Source: Candidatus Latescibacterota bacterium (lineage in GTDB: Bacteria; Latescibacterota; CBDEFO01). From it: a stretch of DNA of 64,000 bases. Location: assembly GCA_965237525.1 (NCBI GenBank), contig CBDEFO010000004.1, forward strand, positions 64,001 through 128,000, given 5' to 3'. The notes below the pieces were generated by a model. The model had not been told where the DNA came from and made no database searches. It was given only the letters and a program-made list of their open reading frames with translations. A program made the translations under genes and the position numbers. Positions 10,391 through 20,573 of the stretch are shown here, one piece after another. Position 1 is the stretch's first letter. Every line of letters begins with the position of its first letter.

Positions 10391-11731
10391 TTATTTCAAG
10401 AGCGATTTTGCTATCTTTAGAACCTTATCCAGCACTTGTGATGGATTTTTCCCCAGTATCCTGACCATCGGCTCTTTTCCCCAGCCGCCTTGGTCGTAAA
10501 TCGCGTCCAGGACCTTTCCGCTTTGTTCTATAGCCCTTTCCACACCCCAAGCCAATGATGAACCCTCTAAATCTTTGATATCCTCTGGCTCTTCCCTACG
10601 ATCGAAGCTCCCGATCTCAAATCCCAGGTCCGCACAGCGCTCTACTATCTCCGGTGAATATCTGATGTTCATAGCTGATCTCACAGAAGGATCGTATCTC
10701 ATCGCCGTCAGGATAATCCTTGAGATATGGTGTGAGATTCCGAACTGGGGGTCAAAGACATAAGAGATCAGATCTTTGTGTCTGATCAACCTCCCCGGAA
10801 AGGACGCTACATCCTCCGGGCCTTCGGCAAAAGGCAGGGCCCCTCCTAAATTAGATTGCACCTCCGGCATCAGATGCGCTGCGTTACCTTCTTTGAGCCT
10901 TTGGGCTGCTTCCTTCAGATCCTGGACTACACTATACCTTTCCATTTCTCTTCCCAAAGGGGCGTAGTGATTGGTGGGGCCGCGTCCTTTTCCTATATCC
11001 AGTGAAAATCTGATAGCCGAAGTTACAAACTTTTTGGCCTTGTTGATAGCTTCCTTCAGAGGAATATCCTGCGCCAGGAACGTCGCTATGGCCGCCGAAT
11101 AAGTGCATCCTGTGCCGTGCGTGTTCTTAGTATCTATTCTTTCTGACTCAAATCTATAGAGCCCATCTCCATCGAACAGGATGTCCACTGCCGGGCCATG
11201 TAAATGCCCTCCCTTTATCAGGATATTTCTGGCTCCCCTGTTGTATATCCTCTTAGCCGCTTCCTCCATATCTTTCGTATCTTTAATATGGATGCCGGAG
11301 AGCACGCAAGCTTCAGGTATGTTGGGTGTGACAAGGAAAGATCGGGGTATCAGCTCATCTGAGAGTGCCTTTTCTGCTCCCTCGGTTAAGAGACTGCTGT
11401 TGTCCTTTGCCACCATCACAGGGTCCACGACCACGTTCGGGATTTGATGCTCTTTGATCTTTTGTGATACAAGCTTAATGACATCCCGATTAGCCATCAT
11501 CCCGGTCTTTGCCGCGTCAGTCCCTATGTCCAGAACCACGGAATCTATCTGCTGTGCCACAAAATCTGGGGAAACCTCGTATATCCCCTGAACGCCTGAG
11601 GTATTTTGAGCGGTAAGTGCCGTCACTGCGCTCGTGCCGAATGCGCCCAAGACGGTTATTGTCTTTAAATCGGCCTGTATACCTGCGCCTCCGCCAGAAT
11701 CCGATCCTGCGATGGTGAGCACTTTCTTAAT
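10391..11731 (-). CDS. thiD: Bifunctional HMP/HMP-P kinase fused to ThiN-type thiamine-phosphate synthase (ThiDN)
   Basis: LTIAGSDSGGGAGIQADLKT and HGTGCTYSAAI, plus C-terminal LMPEVQSN..., D.GGWGKEPM (ThiN). The natural start position reads ATT-AAG-AAA-GTG; GTG at 11722 is the alternative. Confidence 0.9.
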   Translation of the reverse strand: MKKVLTIAGSDSGGGAGIQADLKTITVLGAFGTSAVTALTAQNTSGVQGIYEVSPDFVAQQIDSVVLDIGTDAAKTGMMANRDVIKLVSQKIKEHQIPNVVVDPVMVAKDNSSLLTEGAEKALSDELIPRSFLVTPNIPEACVLSGIHIKDTKDMEEAAKRIYNRGARNILIKGGHLHGPAVDILFDGDGLYRFESERIDTKNTHGTGCTYSAAIATFLAQDIPLKEAINKAKKFVTSAIRFSLDIGKGRGPTNHYAPLGREMERYSVVQDLKEAAQRLKEGNAAHLMPEVQSNLGGALPFAEGPEDVASFPGRLIRHKDLISYVFDPQFGISHHISRIILTAMRYDPSVRSAMNIRYSPEIVERCADLGFEIGSFDRREEPEDIKDLEGSSLAWGVERAIEQSGKVLDAIYDQGGWGKEPMVRILGKNPSQVLDKVLKIAKSLLK

Positions 11732-11740
11732 AGAATTCCC

Positions 11741-11932
11741 CTAACCGACCTTGAAGAACCTGTCCCTAGATCCCCCATATTCTACTATCTTTATCTCCAC
11801 AGGCTTGTAGCACTTTGGGCAATTTCCAGTATAGGCCGTCTTGGAGTCGTTGATGTAGGCCCTTCCATAGACCTTGCAGCACTCAAATACAATACCTAAG
11901 AAATCCCTTTTCTTCATAGATCTTACCTTCAT
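11741..11932 (-). CDS. Small Cys-containing hypothetical protein
   Basis: FLGIVFECCKVYGRAYIN...Y.G.CPKC, codirectional with neighbours. Confidence 0.65.
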   Translation of the reverse strand: MKVRSMKKRDFLGIVFECCKVYGRAYINDSKTAYTGNCPKCYKPVEIKIVEYGGSRDRFFKVG

Positions 11933-12065
11933 CTGGTCCGGCACGATGCGGAAGACTCCTTTTCCCCCAAGAAAGTTCTTCGACCACTTCGACAATTGGT
12001 GCCCTCCGCAAAAAGGGCTGGCAGCAGCGCACGCAGCGCCCACGCCGCCTTTTTGATGTCCCGAA

Positions 12066-13565
12066 TCACGAAATTCCAAAACTTTTGATCTTTCTATACA
12101 GCGTTCTTTCTCCTATACCCAAGATTTGTGCAGCTTTCCTTCGATTTCCACCTACAGATCTCAGCACCTTGATAATATGCTCTTTTTCTATCTCACCGAG
12201 AGACTTTACGTTCTCTTTCTCCGCTATTTCCTCAGCCCTTTCTACCGTGCTATCCTCCGTAAAATAGGTATCTTGTGGAGTGTAGATAGCCGAATCTTCC
12301 AGGCTTCTTCTTTTGTCCGATGTAACGTATCTTTTGAGCTCATCTATATCGGATTTTAAGCCTACAATGGCTCTGTAGATCAGTTCTCTCTCCGATTGCT
12401 CGGGCGTCTTGTTGAGAGGGATCGGTAGATTTCTGTCCGAGGCTATGTCTCGGTTTAAATGGCCATATACGTCGTCAGCAGTTATGTACAGATCCTGTGA
12501 AAGTACCATCATACTTTCGATAGTGTGCTTCAACTCTCTTATATTCCCAGGCCACGAGTAATTTGTCAAGACGTCTACAGCCTCATCTGAGATACCTTTA
12601 AAATCTATTTTGTTTTCTTCAGCGTAGTTTTTGATAAAGTAATGTGCCAAAAGGGGAATGTCCTCCACTCTTTCTCTCAAAGGAGGCATCCTTATTTCCA
12701 CTACCCTTAATCTGTAGAAAAGGTCTCTCCTGAACTCTCCTTGTGCTACCCTCTCCCGTAAGTTCTTATTCGTGGCGGTTATCGTTCTTGCATCTACTCT
12801 TATAGGCAAGTCTCCGCCCACCTTTATAAACTCCTTTTCGTCCAGAACGTGCAGGAGTTTGACCTGCATCATTAAGGACATCTCTCCGATCTCATCCAGG
12901 AATATCGTCCCTTGGTCTGCGGCTTCGAAGTAGCCCTTCCTTTGAGACAGGGCCCCGGTAAATGCTCCCTTTTCGTGGCCAAAAAGTTCGCTTTCTAACA
13001 GATTTTCAGGTATAGCCCCGCAGTTAACATGGAGGAATCGTCCCTTTCTGCCGCTGTAATGGTGAATTGATATTGCTGCAAGGTCTTTGCCCGTTCCGCT
13101 TTCGCCCGAAATCAATACGTTCACATTTGTGCGGGCTATCTGAACGATGGTTTCAATTATCTCACTTATCAGCTCGGACTTTCCTAATATGGGACATTCA
13201 TCCAGAAATCTTTTTCTGCTGATTGTCTTCTCTACTATCTCCCGGAGTTTGTCACCGTCTATCGGCTTTTCCAAAAAATCGTCCGCGTCCACGTTCACAG
13301 AGCCGTTCTGCATCAGGGCCAGAACAAAAATAGGACGATCGTTCTGGCCCTTTTGAGGAGAAAATTGCGCCATTTCCTCGTTTGGAAGGGACGAATCGAC
13401 TACAACCATATCCGCCTTGCCTCGCTTTACGAGTCCGAGCCCCACATTGGCGTTATCTACTGCTATGACCTCGTGGCCGTCCTCCCCAAGCGTTGATGAA
13501 ATTGACCTTTTTACCTGGTCGTCATCCGTCACTACTAAAACTTTAAATCTGTTTTCAACTGCCAT
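12066..13565 (-). CDS. Sigma54-dependent NtrC-family response regulator
   Basis: N-terminal receiver, GESGTGKD, ELFGHEKGAFTGA, WPGNIREL, C-terminal Fis HTH. Confidence 0.93.
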   Translation of the reverse strand: MAVENRFKVLVVTDDDQVKRSISSTLGEDGHEVIAVDNANVGLGLVKRGKADMVVVDSSLPNEEMAQFSPQKGQNDRPIFVLALMQNGSVNVDADDFLEKPIDGDKLREIVEKTISRKRFLDECPILGKSELISEIIETIVQIARTNVNVLISGESGTGKDLAAISIHHYSGRKGRFLHVNCGAIPENLLESELFGHEKGAFTGALSQRKGYFEAADQGTIFLDEIGEMSLMMQVKLLHVLDEKEFIKVGGDLPIRVDARTITATNKNLRERVAQGEFRRDLFYRLRVVEIRMPPLRERVEDIPLLAHYFIKNYAEENKIDFKGISDEAVDVLTNYSWPGNIRELKHTIESMMVLSQDLYITADDVYGHLNRDIASDRNLPIPLNKTPEQSERELIYRAIVGLKSDIDELKRYVTSDKRRSLEDSAIYTPQDTYFTEDSTVERAEEIAEKENVKSLGEIEKEHIIKVLRSVGGNRRKAAQILGIGERTLYRKIKSFGIS

Positions 13566-13584
13566 ATCCACAAGACTTCTCAAG

Positions 13585-14265
13585 TTAAATAGCTATATCT
13601 TCCTTTGATTCTCTCTTTTTAAGTATTATTACGTTCTTCCCTTCAGTTGAGATGAAGCCCTGATGTTCTAATCTCTTGAGGACTCTGGAGACTGTCTCCC
13701 GCGTCGTTGCTGACATATTTGCCAGCACCTGATGGGTTGGACGGTTCTGTATCATTATGCCATCTTCGACGCTAACTCCGTGCTCCTGAGCCAACTGCTG
13801 CAGCGTTCCGGCAACTCGTCACGTTACGTCTAAGAGCGCCAACCCCTCTATCTTTTGATCTGCTTTCCTCAAACGAGAGGCAAGAATAGCCATCACCTGG
13901 GCTGCAATACGGGGGATCCTTTCAATCAGTCGGATGAAATCCCCGCGCCTTAAAATCAAAAGTTCACTTTCCTCTATAGCCACTACAGTGGCTGATCGCG
14001 GCCTGCCGTCTAAAAGAGACATCTCACCGAAGAAATCCCCCTTGCTGAGTATGTCCAGTATGGGCTCTTTTCCATCTTCGCTTAAGATCGTCACCTTGAC
14101 CCTCCCCTTGTCTATAATAAACAGTGTATCCCCTTCCTCCTCAGCTAGCAGGATTACAGTGTTCTTGGGGAAGGTCTTGTAGAGAGCTACACTGGCTAAT
14201 GCCTCCAATTCATCCTCTTTTAGCTCCTGAAAAAGCGGGACATGCTTGAGCAGATTAGGTTCCAT
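13585..14265 (-). pseudogene. Crp/Fnr-family regulator with in-frame stop
   Basis: cNMP domain (FFGEMSLLDGRPRSAT), then LLDVT*RVAGTL (TGA at 13819-13821), continuing in frame to HTH THQVLANMSATTRETVSRVL. Confidence 0.88.
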
Positions 14266-14293
14266 ATAGAGGTCACTCCTATGCAGTGTAAGG

Positions 14294-14878
14294 TTATACG
14301 TTGACTTTTGGCCCTATGATCTCATCAATTAGTCCGTATTCTACCGCCTCTTCTGCTGACACGTAGAAGTTCCTGTCTGTATCTGCATCAATCTTATCCT
14401 TAGGTTGCCCAGTATGCTTCACAAAGATCTGATTTATCTCGTCTCTTAATTTTATTATCTCCTTAGCTTCGATCTCGATGTCCGAGGCGGGACTGGTAAC
14501 CCTGCCCATAATGAGGGGTTGGTGTATCATCATCCTCGAATGAGGCCAAGCGTACCGTTTTCCAGAAGTTCCGGCTGCCAGCAGCACCGCTCCCATACTC
14601 ATAGCTATGCCCATACATATTGTAGATATATCTGGCTCTATGTTCTGCATCGCGTCGTATATTGCCAACCCTGAGGATATGCTCCCTCCTGGGCTGTTGA
14701 TGTACACAGAAATATCCTTGGCGGAATCTTCAGATTCCAAAAACAAAAGCTTTCCAACCACATCCTTGGATATCTCGTCGTCAATAGGGCCCCACAGAAA
14801 TATTCTCCTTGTCTTTAGGAACTTGGACATTACGTCGTGTTCCCGGATTATCTCCACTAAATTTCTATCTTCCTCCAT
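14294..14878 (-). CDS. clpP: ATP-dependent Clp protease proteolytic subunit
   Basis: YINSPGGS, G.AMSMGAVLL, RMMIHQP and DTDRNF motifs. Confidence 0.95.
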   Translation of the reverse strand: MEEDRNLVEIIREHDVMSKFLKTRRIFLWGPIDDEISKDVVGKLLFLESEDSAKDISVYINSPGGSISSGLAIYDAMQNIEPDISTICMGIAMSMGAVLLAAGTSGKRYAWPHSRMMIHQPLIMGRVTSPASDIEIEAKEIIKLRDEINQIFVKHTGQPKDKIDADTDRNFYVSAEEAVEYGLIDEIIGPKVNV

Positions 14879-14925
14879 ATCTTGAATTTACCTCCTTTAT
14901 TGCGTGCTTTGCAATATTAACTTTA

Positions 14926-15621
14926 TCAGCCATGTTGCACAGATTTTGCATTATATTGCGCTAAAGAGAAATAAAAGATGGTGCTTACCACAGCTTCAAG
15001 AGGAGTCAGAAACGTGTGTGCTATAACGACACCTGTCCCCCACCTTTCTGCTGTAGGGAAGATGAGCTTTACAAAATGATCAGTAAGAAGATTAATTGTA
15101 ACCACTGTGCACAGCATCGCAAGTCCCATCCAGAAGGCCCTCCACCAATTGCCTTTTATAATTTCTCTGCTCTTTTGGAGCGCTTTTAGATATGATTCTC
15201 CCTCTATTACCACAACCTGATTTATAAAGAAAAACCACACGCCCAAGATAATCCCGGGCACTATCAAGAGTATAAGTCCCGCCAGTATGAACGATCCCGC
15301 CAAGAGCCAAGTTAAAAGGAGCCTCAAGAAGAGCCGCAGTGAGAAGGTCCCGAAGGCATCAGCTATTGTCGCTTCTTTTCCTGAATAGACCCGCCATACA
15401 AAGCCTATAAATACAAGTGAACTTAAAACCTCAATAGGAGCCTGCCACAGTCCTGGAGGTGAATCCTCTGTCCTAAAGAGATTAACTATAATAAAACAGG
15501 GTAGATAGATCAGGACCGAAATGGTCATCAGCTGGGGAAAATACTCATTATAGAACCCCAGGCTCTGTCTTAAGAGGTCTCTGTACAACGTAAGATAGTC
15601 GTCTATTGTGCCGCTGGACAT
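14926..15621 (-). CDS. Multi-pass membrane protein
   Basis: Several hydrophobic segments, G.ILLIVPGII...AL.KS..I.KG.WW pattern. Confidence 0.75.
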   Translation of the reverse strand: MSSGTIDDYLTLYRDLLRQSLGFYNEYFPQLMTISVLIYLPCFIIVNLFRTEDSPPGLWQAPIEVLSSLVFIGFVWRVYSGKEATIADAFGTFSLRLFLRLLLTWLLAGSFILAGLILLIVPGIILGVWFFFINQVVVIEGESYLKALQKSREIIKGNWWRAFWMGLAMLCTVVTINLLTDHFVKLIFPTAERWGTGVVIAHTFLTPLEAVVSTIFYFSLAQYNAKSVQHG

Positions 15622-15694
15622 ATCGGAAATTTAGCAGCTTGAATCTAAAAAAACGGCATCTCTATTATCAAGATAAACCTTTATTATTTTCGGG

Positions 15695-16087
15695 TCAAGC
15701 CTTTTCTTTCCCGGCGTCTTGGCCGCTCTTGACAAGCAGCCAATTATTCCCCGGTGACCAGTCCATCTTTATAAGCCTGAACAAGCCTTTCAACTTGCCG
15801 CCGTTTAGCTCAAACAAAACGGACTCCAGGCTCCTTTCTTTCAACACATAGCTCCCCTTGTCCCATATCTCCACTTTTCCTGCGCCGTACTCTCCCTCTT
15901 CGATGGTCCCCTCAAAGTCGATGTAGTCCAGATCGTGGTCCTCCACTTCTATCGCCAATCTCTTGACGCCTTTCTTGTCGGTGGGTTCCTTAGGTACAGC
16001 CCAGGATTTGAGAACGCCGTCCATTTCGAGTCTGAAATCGTAGTGAAGATTCCTGGCGCTGTGCTTTTGTATGACGAATCTTGCCAT
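15695..16087 (-). CDS. Stand-alone LigD 3'-phosphoesterase domain protein
   Basis: FVIQKH.A..LHYDFRLE.DGVLKSWAVPK, RLAIEVEDH, YGAG.VEIWD.G. Confidence 0.9.
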   Translation of the reverse strand: MARFVIQKHSARNLHYDFRLEMDGVLKSWAVPKEPTDKKGVKRLAIEVEDHDLDYIDFEGTIEEGEYGAGKVEIWDKGSYVLKERSLESVLFELNGGKLKGLFRLIKMDWSPGNNWLLVKSGQDAGKEKA

Positions 16088-16307
16088 TAACCTAACCCCT
16101 TTGTATTTCCATAACAAAAGATAACAGACGTTACGAATAGAAGCAAGGAAAAAGGGACTCTTAGACCTTATACTCACTCTGAAAAGCTTAGATTACAGAC
16201 TCTTAGAAGGACTTAGCTTTGAAGGTAAAACCTTGACAAAATGAGAATATGACCTTATTATTAGTATTGAGAAGTTTGACGCCTATATAATCAAAAGGAT
16301 TTTGACT

Positions 16308-17828
16308 ATGCAAAACAGAATACCCAACCCCGCAGAGCTTCAAGAGGAACTCAAAGAGTTCCTCTCGCAAAAATACGGTCAGGAGGTAAATGTTGTAATC
16401 CCTGAAGGACAGACCGCAGGTTCTCAGGAGGGACAACAGACGACGGAGGAAAGACCTGCTCAAATCGACTTCGATCTGAAACCTGAGGAATTAGAAGAAT
16501 ATCTGAACCGCTTCCTTATCAAACAGCTGGATGCAAAGGAGATACTTGCAACCAAGATCTGCACGCACTTCCACAGGATGAAGCTAGAAAACAAGGAGCA
16601 GGGGACTTCCGTCGGAGATATAAAGAACAATATCATAATGATAGGCCCCACAGGCGTCGGGAAGACCTATGTCATAAAGCTTATAGCTCAAAAAATTGGT
16701 GTTCCTTTCGTCAAGGGAGATGCCACTAAGTTCAGTGAGACGGGATACGTGGGAGGAGACGTTGAGGATCTGGTACGAGATCTTGTGACCGAAGCCAAGG
16801 GAGATATAGAGCTTGCCCAATATGGGATAATCTACATAGACGAGATAGACAAAATAGCCACCGCCGGCACTATCGTGGGACCCGACGTCTCCAGGACAGG
16901 CGTTCAGCGCAACCTCTTGAAACTTATGGAGGAGACGGAGGTGGATCTTAAAGCGCCACACGATATGACGGCGCAGATGGAATCGATGATGCAGTTCCAA
17001 AGGACAGGAAAAGTGGAAAGAAAGAAAATAAACACCCGAAACATCCTGTTCATTGTAAGCGGAGCTTTTACAGGTTTGGAGGACATAATAGGGAAGAGGA
17101 TCAACAAAAAGCCTGTGGGATTCACCGCGGATGCTCATACAAAAAAGAAGGATGATAACACAGAGGACCTCAAGCAGGTAAAATCAGAGGATCTCATAAA
17201 CTACGGGTTTGAATCCGAATTCATCGGAAGACTGCCTATGGTGGCAGTTCTGGAGCATTTAGGAGAGGACGACCTCTACCAGATTCTGAAAAACCCCAAT
17301 AGTCCAGTGATACTGGGCAAAAAGATGGACTTCAAAGCCTACGGTATAGAGATAGAGTTCGACGATGAAGCCCTTAGGAGCATAGCTAAGAAGGCCATAA
17401 AGGAAAAGACCGGAGCCAGGGGACTGGTCAGCGTCTGCGAAAGGGCACTGCTGAAATTTGAAAAGAGATTTCCCTCAACTGACGTAAAGTATCTTAGGGT
17501 AACAAAGGAGATAGTGAAAGACCCGGACGTCGAGATTGAAAAGCTCCTCAACTTTGACTCTATAAGAAAATACAAAGACGACTTTTCCAGAGAGAACAAC
17601 ATAGAGATAGATTTCTCAAAGGCGGCGATAGGGACTATACTTCAGAAGGCCAGGGAGATCGGCACAGATGCCAGGACGTTATGTTCGGATATGCTCGCCG
17701 ATTACGGTCACGGACTCAAGCTTATGGATGTGGACAAATTTACAGTTACACCAGAGGTCGTAACGGACCCTAAAGCGTATATGGATAATCTGATAAAGGA
17801 ATTTTACAGTAACAGTAAAGACAAGTAA
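16308..17828 (+). CDS. clpX: ClpX-like AAA+ ATPase lacking the zinc-binding domain
   Basis: GPTGVGKT, DATKFSETGYVGGDVE, IDEIDKI, VQRNLLK, EFIGRLP and TGARGL motifs. Confidence 0.8.
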   Translation: MQNRIPNPAELQEELKEFLSQKYGQEVNVVIPEGQTAGSQEGQQTTEERPAQIDFDLKPEELEEYLNRFLIKQLDAKEILATKICTHFHRMKLENKEQGTSVGDIKNNIIMIGPTGVGKTYVIKLIAQKIGVPFVKGDATKFSETGYVGGDVEDLVRDLVTEAKGDIELAQYGIIYIDEIDKIATAGTIVGPDVSRTGVQRNLLKLMEETEVDLKAPHDMTAQMESMMQFQRTGKVERKKINTRNILFIVSGAFTGLEDIIGKRINKKPVGFTADAHTKKKDDNTEDLKQVKSEDLINYGFESEFIGRLPMVAVLEHLGEDDLYQILKNPNSPVILGKKMDFKAYGIEIEFDDEALRSIAKKAIKEKTGARGLVSVCERALLKFEKRFPSTDVKYLRVTKEIVKDPDVEIEKLLNFDSIRKYKDDFSRENNIEIDFSKAAIGTILQKAREIGTDARTLCSDMLADYGHGLKLMDVDKFTVTPEVVTDPKAYMDNLIKEFYSNSKDK

Positions 17829-17841
17829 GTAGTAATAGAGT

Positions 17842-19008
17842 TTGAGCCTACAACTTAGCGAGGTGATGATAGACCACAGGGAAGACTTTCAATACGAAAT
17901 TATAGCAGTGGATAAGGACACAAAAGCCCGAGCCGGGATATTAAGGACGCTTAATGGCGAGGTGCCCACACCCGTCTTTATGCCTGTGGGCACTCAGGCG
18001 ACGGTCAAGACTATGTCTCAAGGAGAACTTGAGGATATGGGCGCACAAATAATCCTGTGCAATACATATCACCTATATCTCAGACCTGGCCACGAGCTTA
18101 TCGAAAAAGCAGGAGGGCTCCACAAGTTCATAAGCTGGGACCGTTCTATCCTGACCGACAGCGGGGGCTATCAGGTCTTCAGCCTCGCCGATCTGAACAA
18201 AGTAACCGAAGAAGGAGTGTCATTTCAGTCGCACTTCGACGGCTCATACCATCTTTTGACGCCTGAACGTGCAGTGGAGATACAGCACGCTTTAGGTGCG
18301 GATATAATCATGGTGTTCGACGAGTGCACGTCCTATCCCTGCTCTTACGAGCACGCTAAGGGATCGTCGGAAATGACCTTAAGGTGGGCCCAGCGATCTA
18401 TTAATAGGCATAGGGCTCTTTTGGAGGAATCTGGGAAGAGGCAGGCTCTCTTCGGGATAGTTCAGGGCAGTGTCTATCCAGATCTGAGAGTAAAGAGCGC
18501 AGAGCGCCTGATGGAATTGGACCTGCCCGGGTACGCAATAGGAGGACTTGCAGTCGGCGAGCCGAAATCCAAATTGTGGGAGATAGTAGATTGCACAGCC
18601 GAGTTATTACCCGCGGACAGACCCCGATACCTTATGGGTGTCGGTCACCCTGACGATCTGGTAGAGGGTGTCGCAAGGGGAGTGGACATGTTCGACTGTG
18701 TGATTCCGTCTAGGAATGCGCGCAACGGCACGATATTCACTCGGAAGGGCAAGATGGTGCTCAAAAATGCCCAGTACGCCCACGACTTTTCTCCAATAGA
18801 CCCACAATGTCCCTGTGCCACCTGCCGCCGCTACTGTCGCGCTTATATCCGCCATCTGTTCCAGACAGGGGAGATACTCGCGCTGAGGCTTGCCACATTT
18901 CACAGCCTCTATTTTTTCCTGGAGACGATGCGTCAGATGCGCCAGTCCATAATAGAAGGAAAATTTTCTGAGTGGAGAGCCGAATTTTACTCGGAATATG
19001 AGGGGTAG
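17842..19008 (+). CDS. tgt: tRNA-guanine(34) transglycosylase
   Basis: [36 protein letters not shown] zinc site. Confidence 0.96.
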   Translation: MSLQLSEVMIDHREDFQYEIIAVDKDTKARAGILRTLNGEVPTPVFMPVGTQATVKTMSQGELEDMGAQIILCNTYHLYLRPGHELIEKAGGLHKFISWDRSILTDSGGYQVFSLADLNKVTEEGVSFQSHFDGSYHLLTPERAVEIQHALGADIIMVFDECTSYPCSYEHAKGSSEMTLRWAQRSINRHRALLEESGKRQALFGIVQGSVYPDLRVKSAERLMELDLPGYAIGGLAVGEPKSKLWEIVDCTAELLPADRPRYLMGVGHPDDLVEGVARGVDMFDCVIPSRNARNGTIFTRKGKMVLKNAQYAHDFSPIDPQCPCATCRRYCRAYIRHLFQTGEILALRLATFHSLYFFLETMRQMRQSIIEGKFSEWRAEFYSEYEG

Positions 19009-19271
19009 AGTTCTGGATAGAGTACCCAAATTAGTAGACAGTTAACCACATACAAGATAAAGGGTGCAAGATCGCCTCTACGAGTTCAGGGGAGGGCACT
19101 TGGCTGTGCTTTGATGTCAACACCTCATGCACCCTAAGAAAGAGCCCAGGGGCTGAGCAACCCAGTCCGTAGTACAGTTTCTGAGCAGACACGCGGGTCT
19201 GCCAGACAATGCGGGACGAATTTGGAATTCCAGTTGACAGTGCCAACCAAAATTAAAGTCAGGGGGTTCGC

Positions 19272-19583
19272 TTGATTGACCAAGTCTACGCAATGACGCC
19301 ACCGGGAGGAGAATCCGGTGGAGCGGGAATACTCACCTTTCTTCCTCTAATAGTTATCTTTCTGATCTTCTACTTCCTTATCATACGTCCTCAGCACAGA
19401 AAGCAAAAAGAACATCAGGAGCTTATTAGGAACTTGAGAAAAGGGGACAAGGTCGTAACTACAGGAGGCATACACGGTTCCATAGTCGGAATCAATGAGA
19501 AAGATGATATCTTAGTTCTGAGGATAGCCGATAATGTGAAAGTAGAGGTCTCACGATCGGCGGTATCAAAACTTAAAGAATAG
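19272..19583 (+). CDS. yajC: Preprotein translocase subunit YajC
   Basis: FYFLIIRPQ..KQKEH, KGDKVVTTGGIHG. Lies downstream of tgt. Confidence 0.95.
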   Translation: MIDQVYAMTPPGGESGGAGILTFLPLIVIFLIFYFLIIRPQHRKQKEHQELIRNLRKGDKVVTTGGIHGSIVGINEKDDILVLRIADNVKVEVSRSAVSKLKE

Positions 19584-19594
19584 ACAGTCCGAAT

Positions 19595-20545
19595 ATGAGA
19601 TTGATCTTCATGGGGACGCCCGATTTTGCCGTTCCGTCTCTTGGGAGGATTGCAGGGAGCAGGCACGATTGTGTGTGTGTTGTGACTCGTCCGGACACAC
19701 CAAAAGGAAGAGGACAGAAGCTTTCACCGTCCCCGGTTAAGCTGGAAGCGCAAAGACTCAATATCCCCACAATGCAGCCTGAAAACCTCAAAGATCCCCA
19801 TTTCCACTCTGCCCTTTCCGACGCTCGACCCGATCTTTTTGTAGTCGTAGCCTTTAGAATCCTGCCTCTTTCGGTTCTGATGATACCACGATTGTGTTCG
19901 CTTAACCTACATGCGTCTATATTGCCCAAGTACAGAGGAGCGGCGCCCATAAACTGGGCCATCATAAATGGTGAAAAGGAGACGGGTCTTACGACATTCG
20001 TAATAGACGAAAAGGTTGACACCGGGGACATAATCCTGCAGGAGAAAGTCGAAATAGGCGATGACGAGACGGCAGGAGAGCTTTACAACAGACTGAAAGC
20101 CGAAGGTGCAGATCTGCTCGTGGAGACTATAGATCTTTTAGAAGCAGGAAAGTCTACACGTATCCCTCAATCCCCGATAGACTCCATCGGGGACAAAGCG
20201 GGAGCGACAAAAGCCCCTAAGATTAAGAAGGAAAACGGCAGGATTGATTGGAATAAAGACCCAGAGACGATAAGGAACCTGATAAGGGGAACAAATCCGT
20301 ACCCTGGAGCATTCACTACTTGGAGGGATAAGGAACTTAAAATACATAGAGCTGCTCGTGAGGAGCGAGAATGTAAAAGTAAGCCGGGGGAGATTATAGT
20401 ATCTGATCCCAAGGGTGGGATAGTAGTAGCCACTGGAGGGGGTTTTCTCCGGCTTTTGGAGGTTCAACCTGCCGGTAAAAAGAAGATGACCGCCTCTGAA
20501 TTTGTCCGCGGCTACAGGTTGTCTCAAAAAGAAAAATTCGAATAG
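19595..20545 (+). CDS. fmt: Methionyl-tRNA formyltransferase (with 7-aa palindrome-derived insertion)
   Basis: FMGTPDFAVPSL, NLHASILPKYRGAAPI and DTGDII motifs. Confidence 0.96.
   Translation: MRLIFMGTPDFAVPSLGRIAGSRHDCVCVVTRPDTPKGRGQKLSPSPVKLEAQRLNIPTMQPENLKDPHFHSALSDARPDLFVVVAFRILPLSVLMIPRLCSLNLHASILPKYRGAAPINWAIINGEKETGLTTFVIDEKVDTGDIILQEKVEIGDDETAGELYNRLKAEGADLLVETIDLLEAGKSTRIPQSPIDSIGDKAGATKAPKIKKENGRIDWNKDPETIRNLIRGTNPYPGAFTTWRDKELKIHRAAREERECKSKPGEIIVSDPKGGIVVATGGGFLRLLEVQPAGKKKMTASEFVRGYRLSQKEKFE
20171..20194. repeat. Short palindromic element inserted in frame in fmt
   Basis: TCCCCGATAGACTCCATCGGGGAC encodes SPIDSIG between PQ and DKAGATKAPKI. Confidence 0.85.
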
Positions 20546-20573
20546 TGAAGTTCAAAATCAGGGGGTTAAATCG

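Noticed and set aside
15695..16087. NHEJ system
   Set aside because: Only a stand-alone phosphoesterase domain is present, with no Ku, ligase or polymerase nearby. Stand-alone forms are already known.
19010..19270. Possible ncRNA or IS3 end remnant between tgt and yajC
   Set aside because: Only a weak resemblance to an IS terminal repeat, with no partner IR and no recognisable RNA motif.
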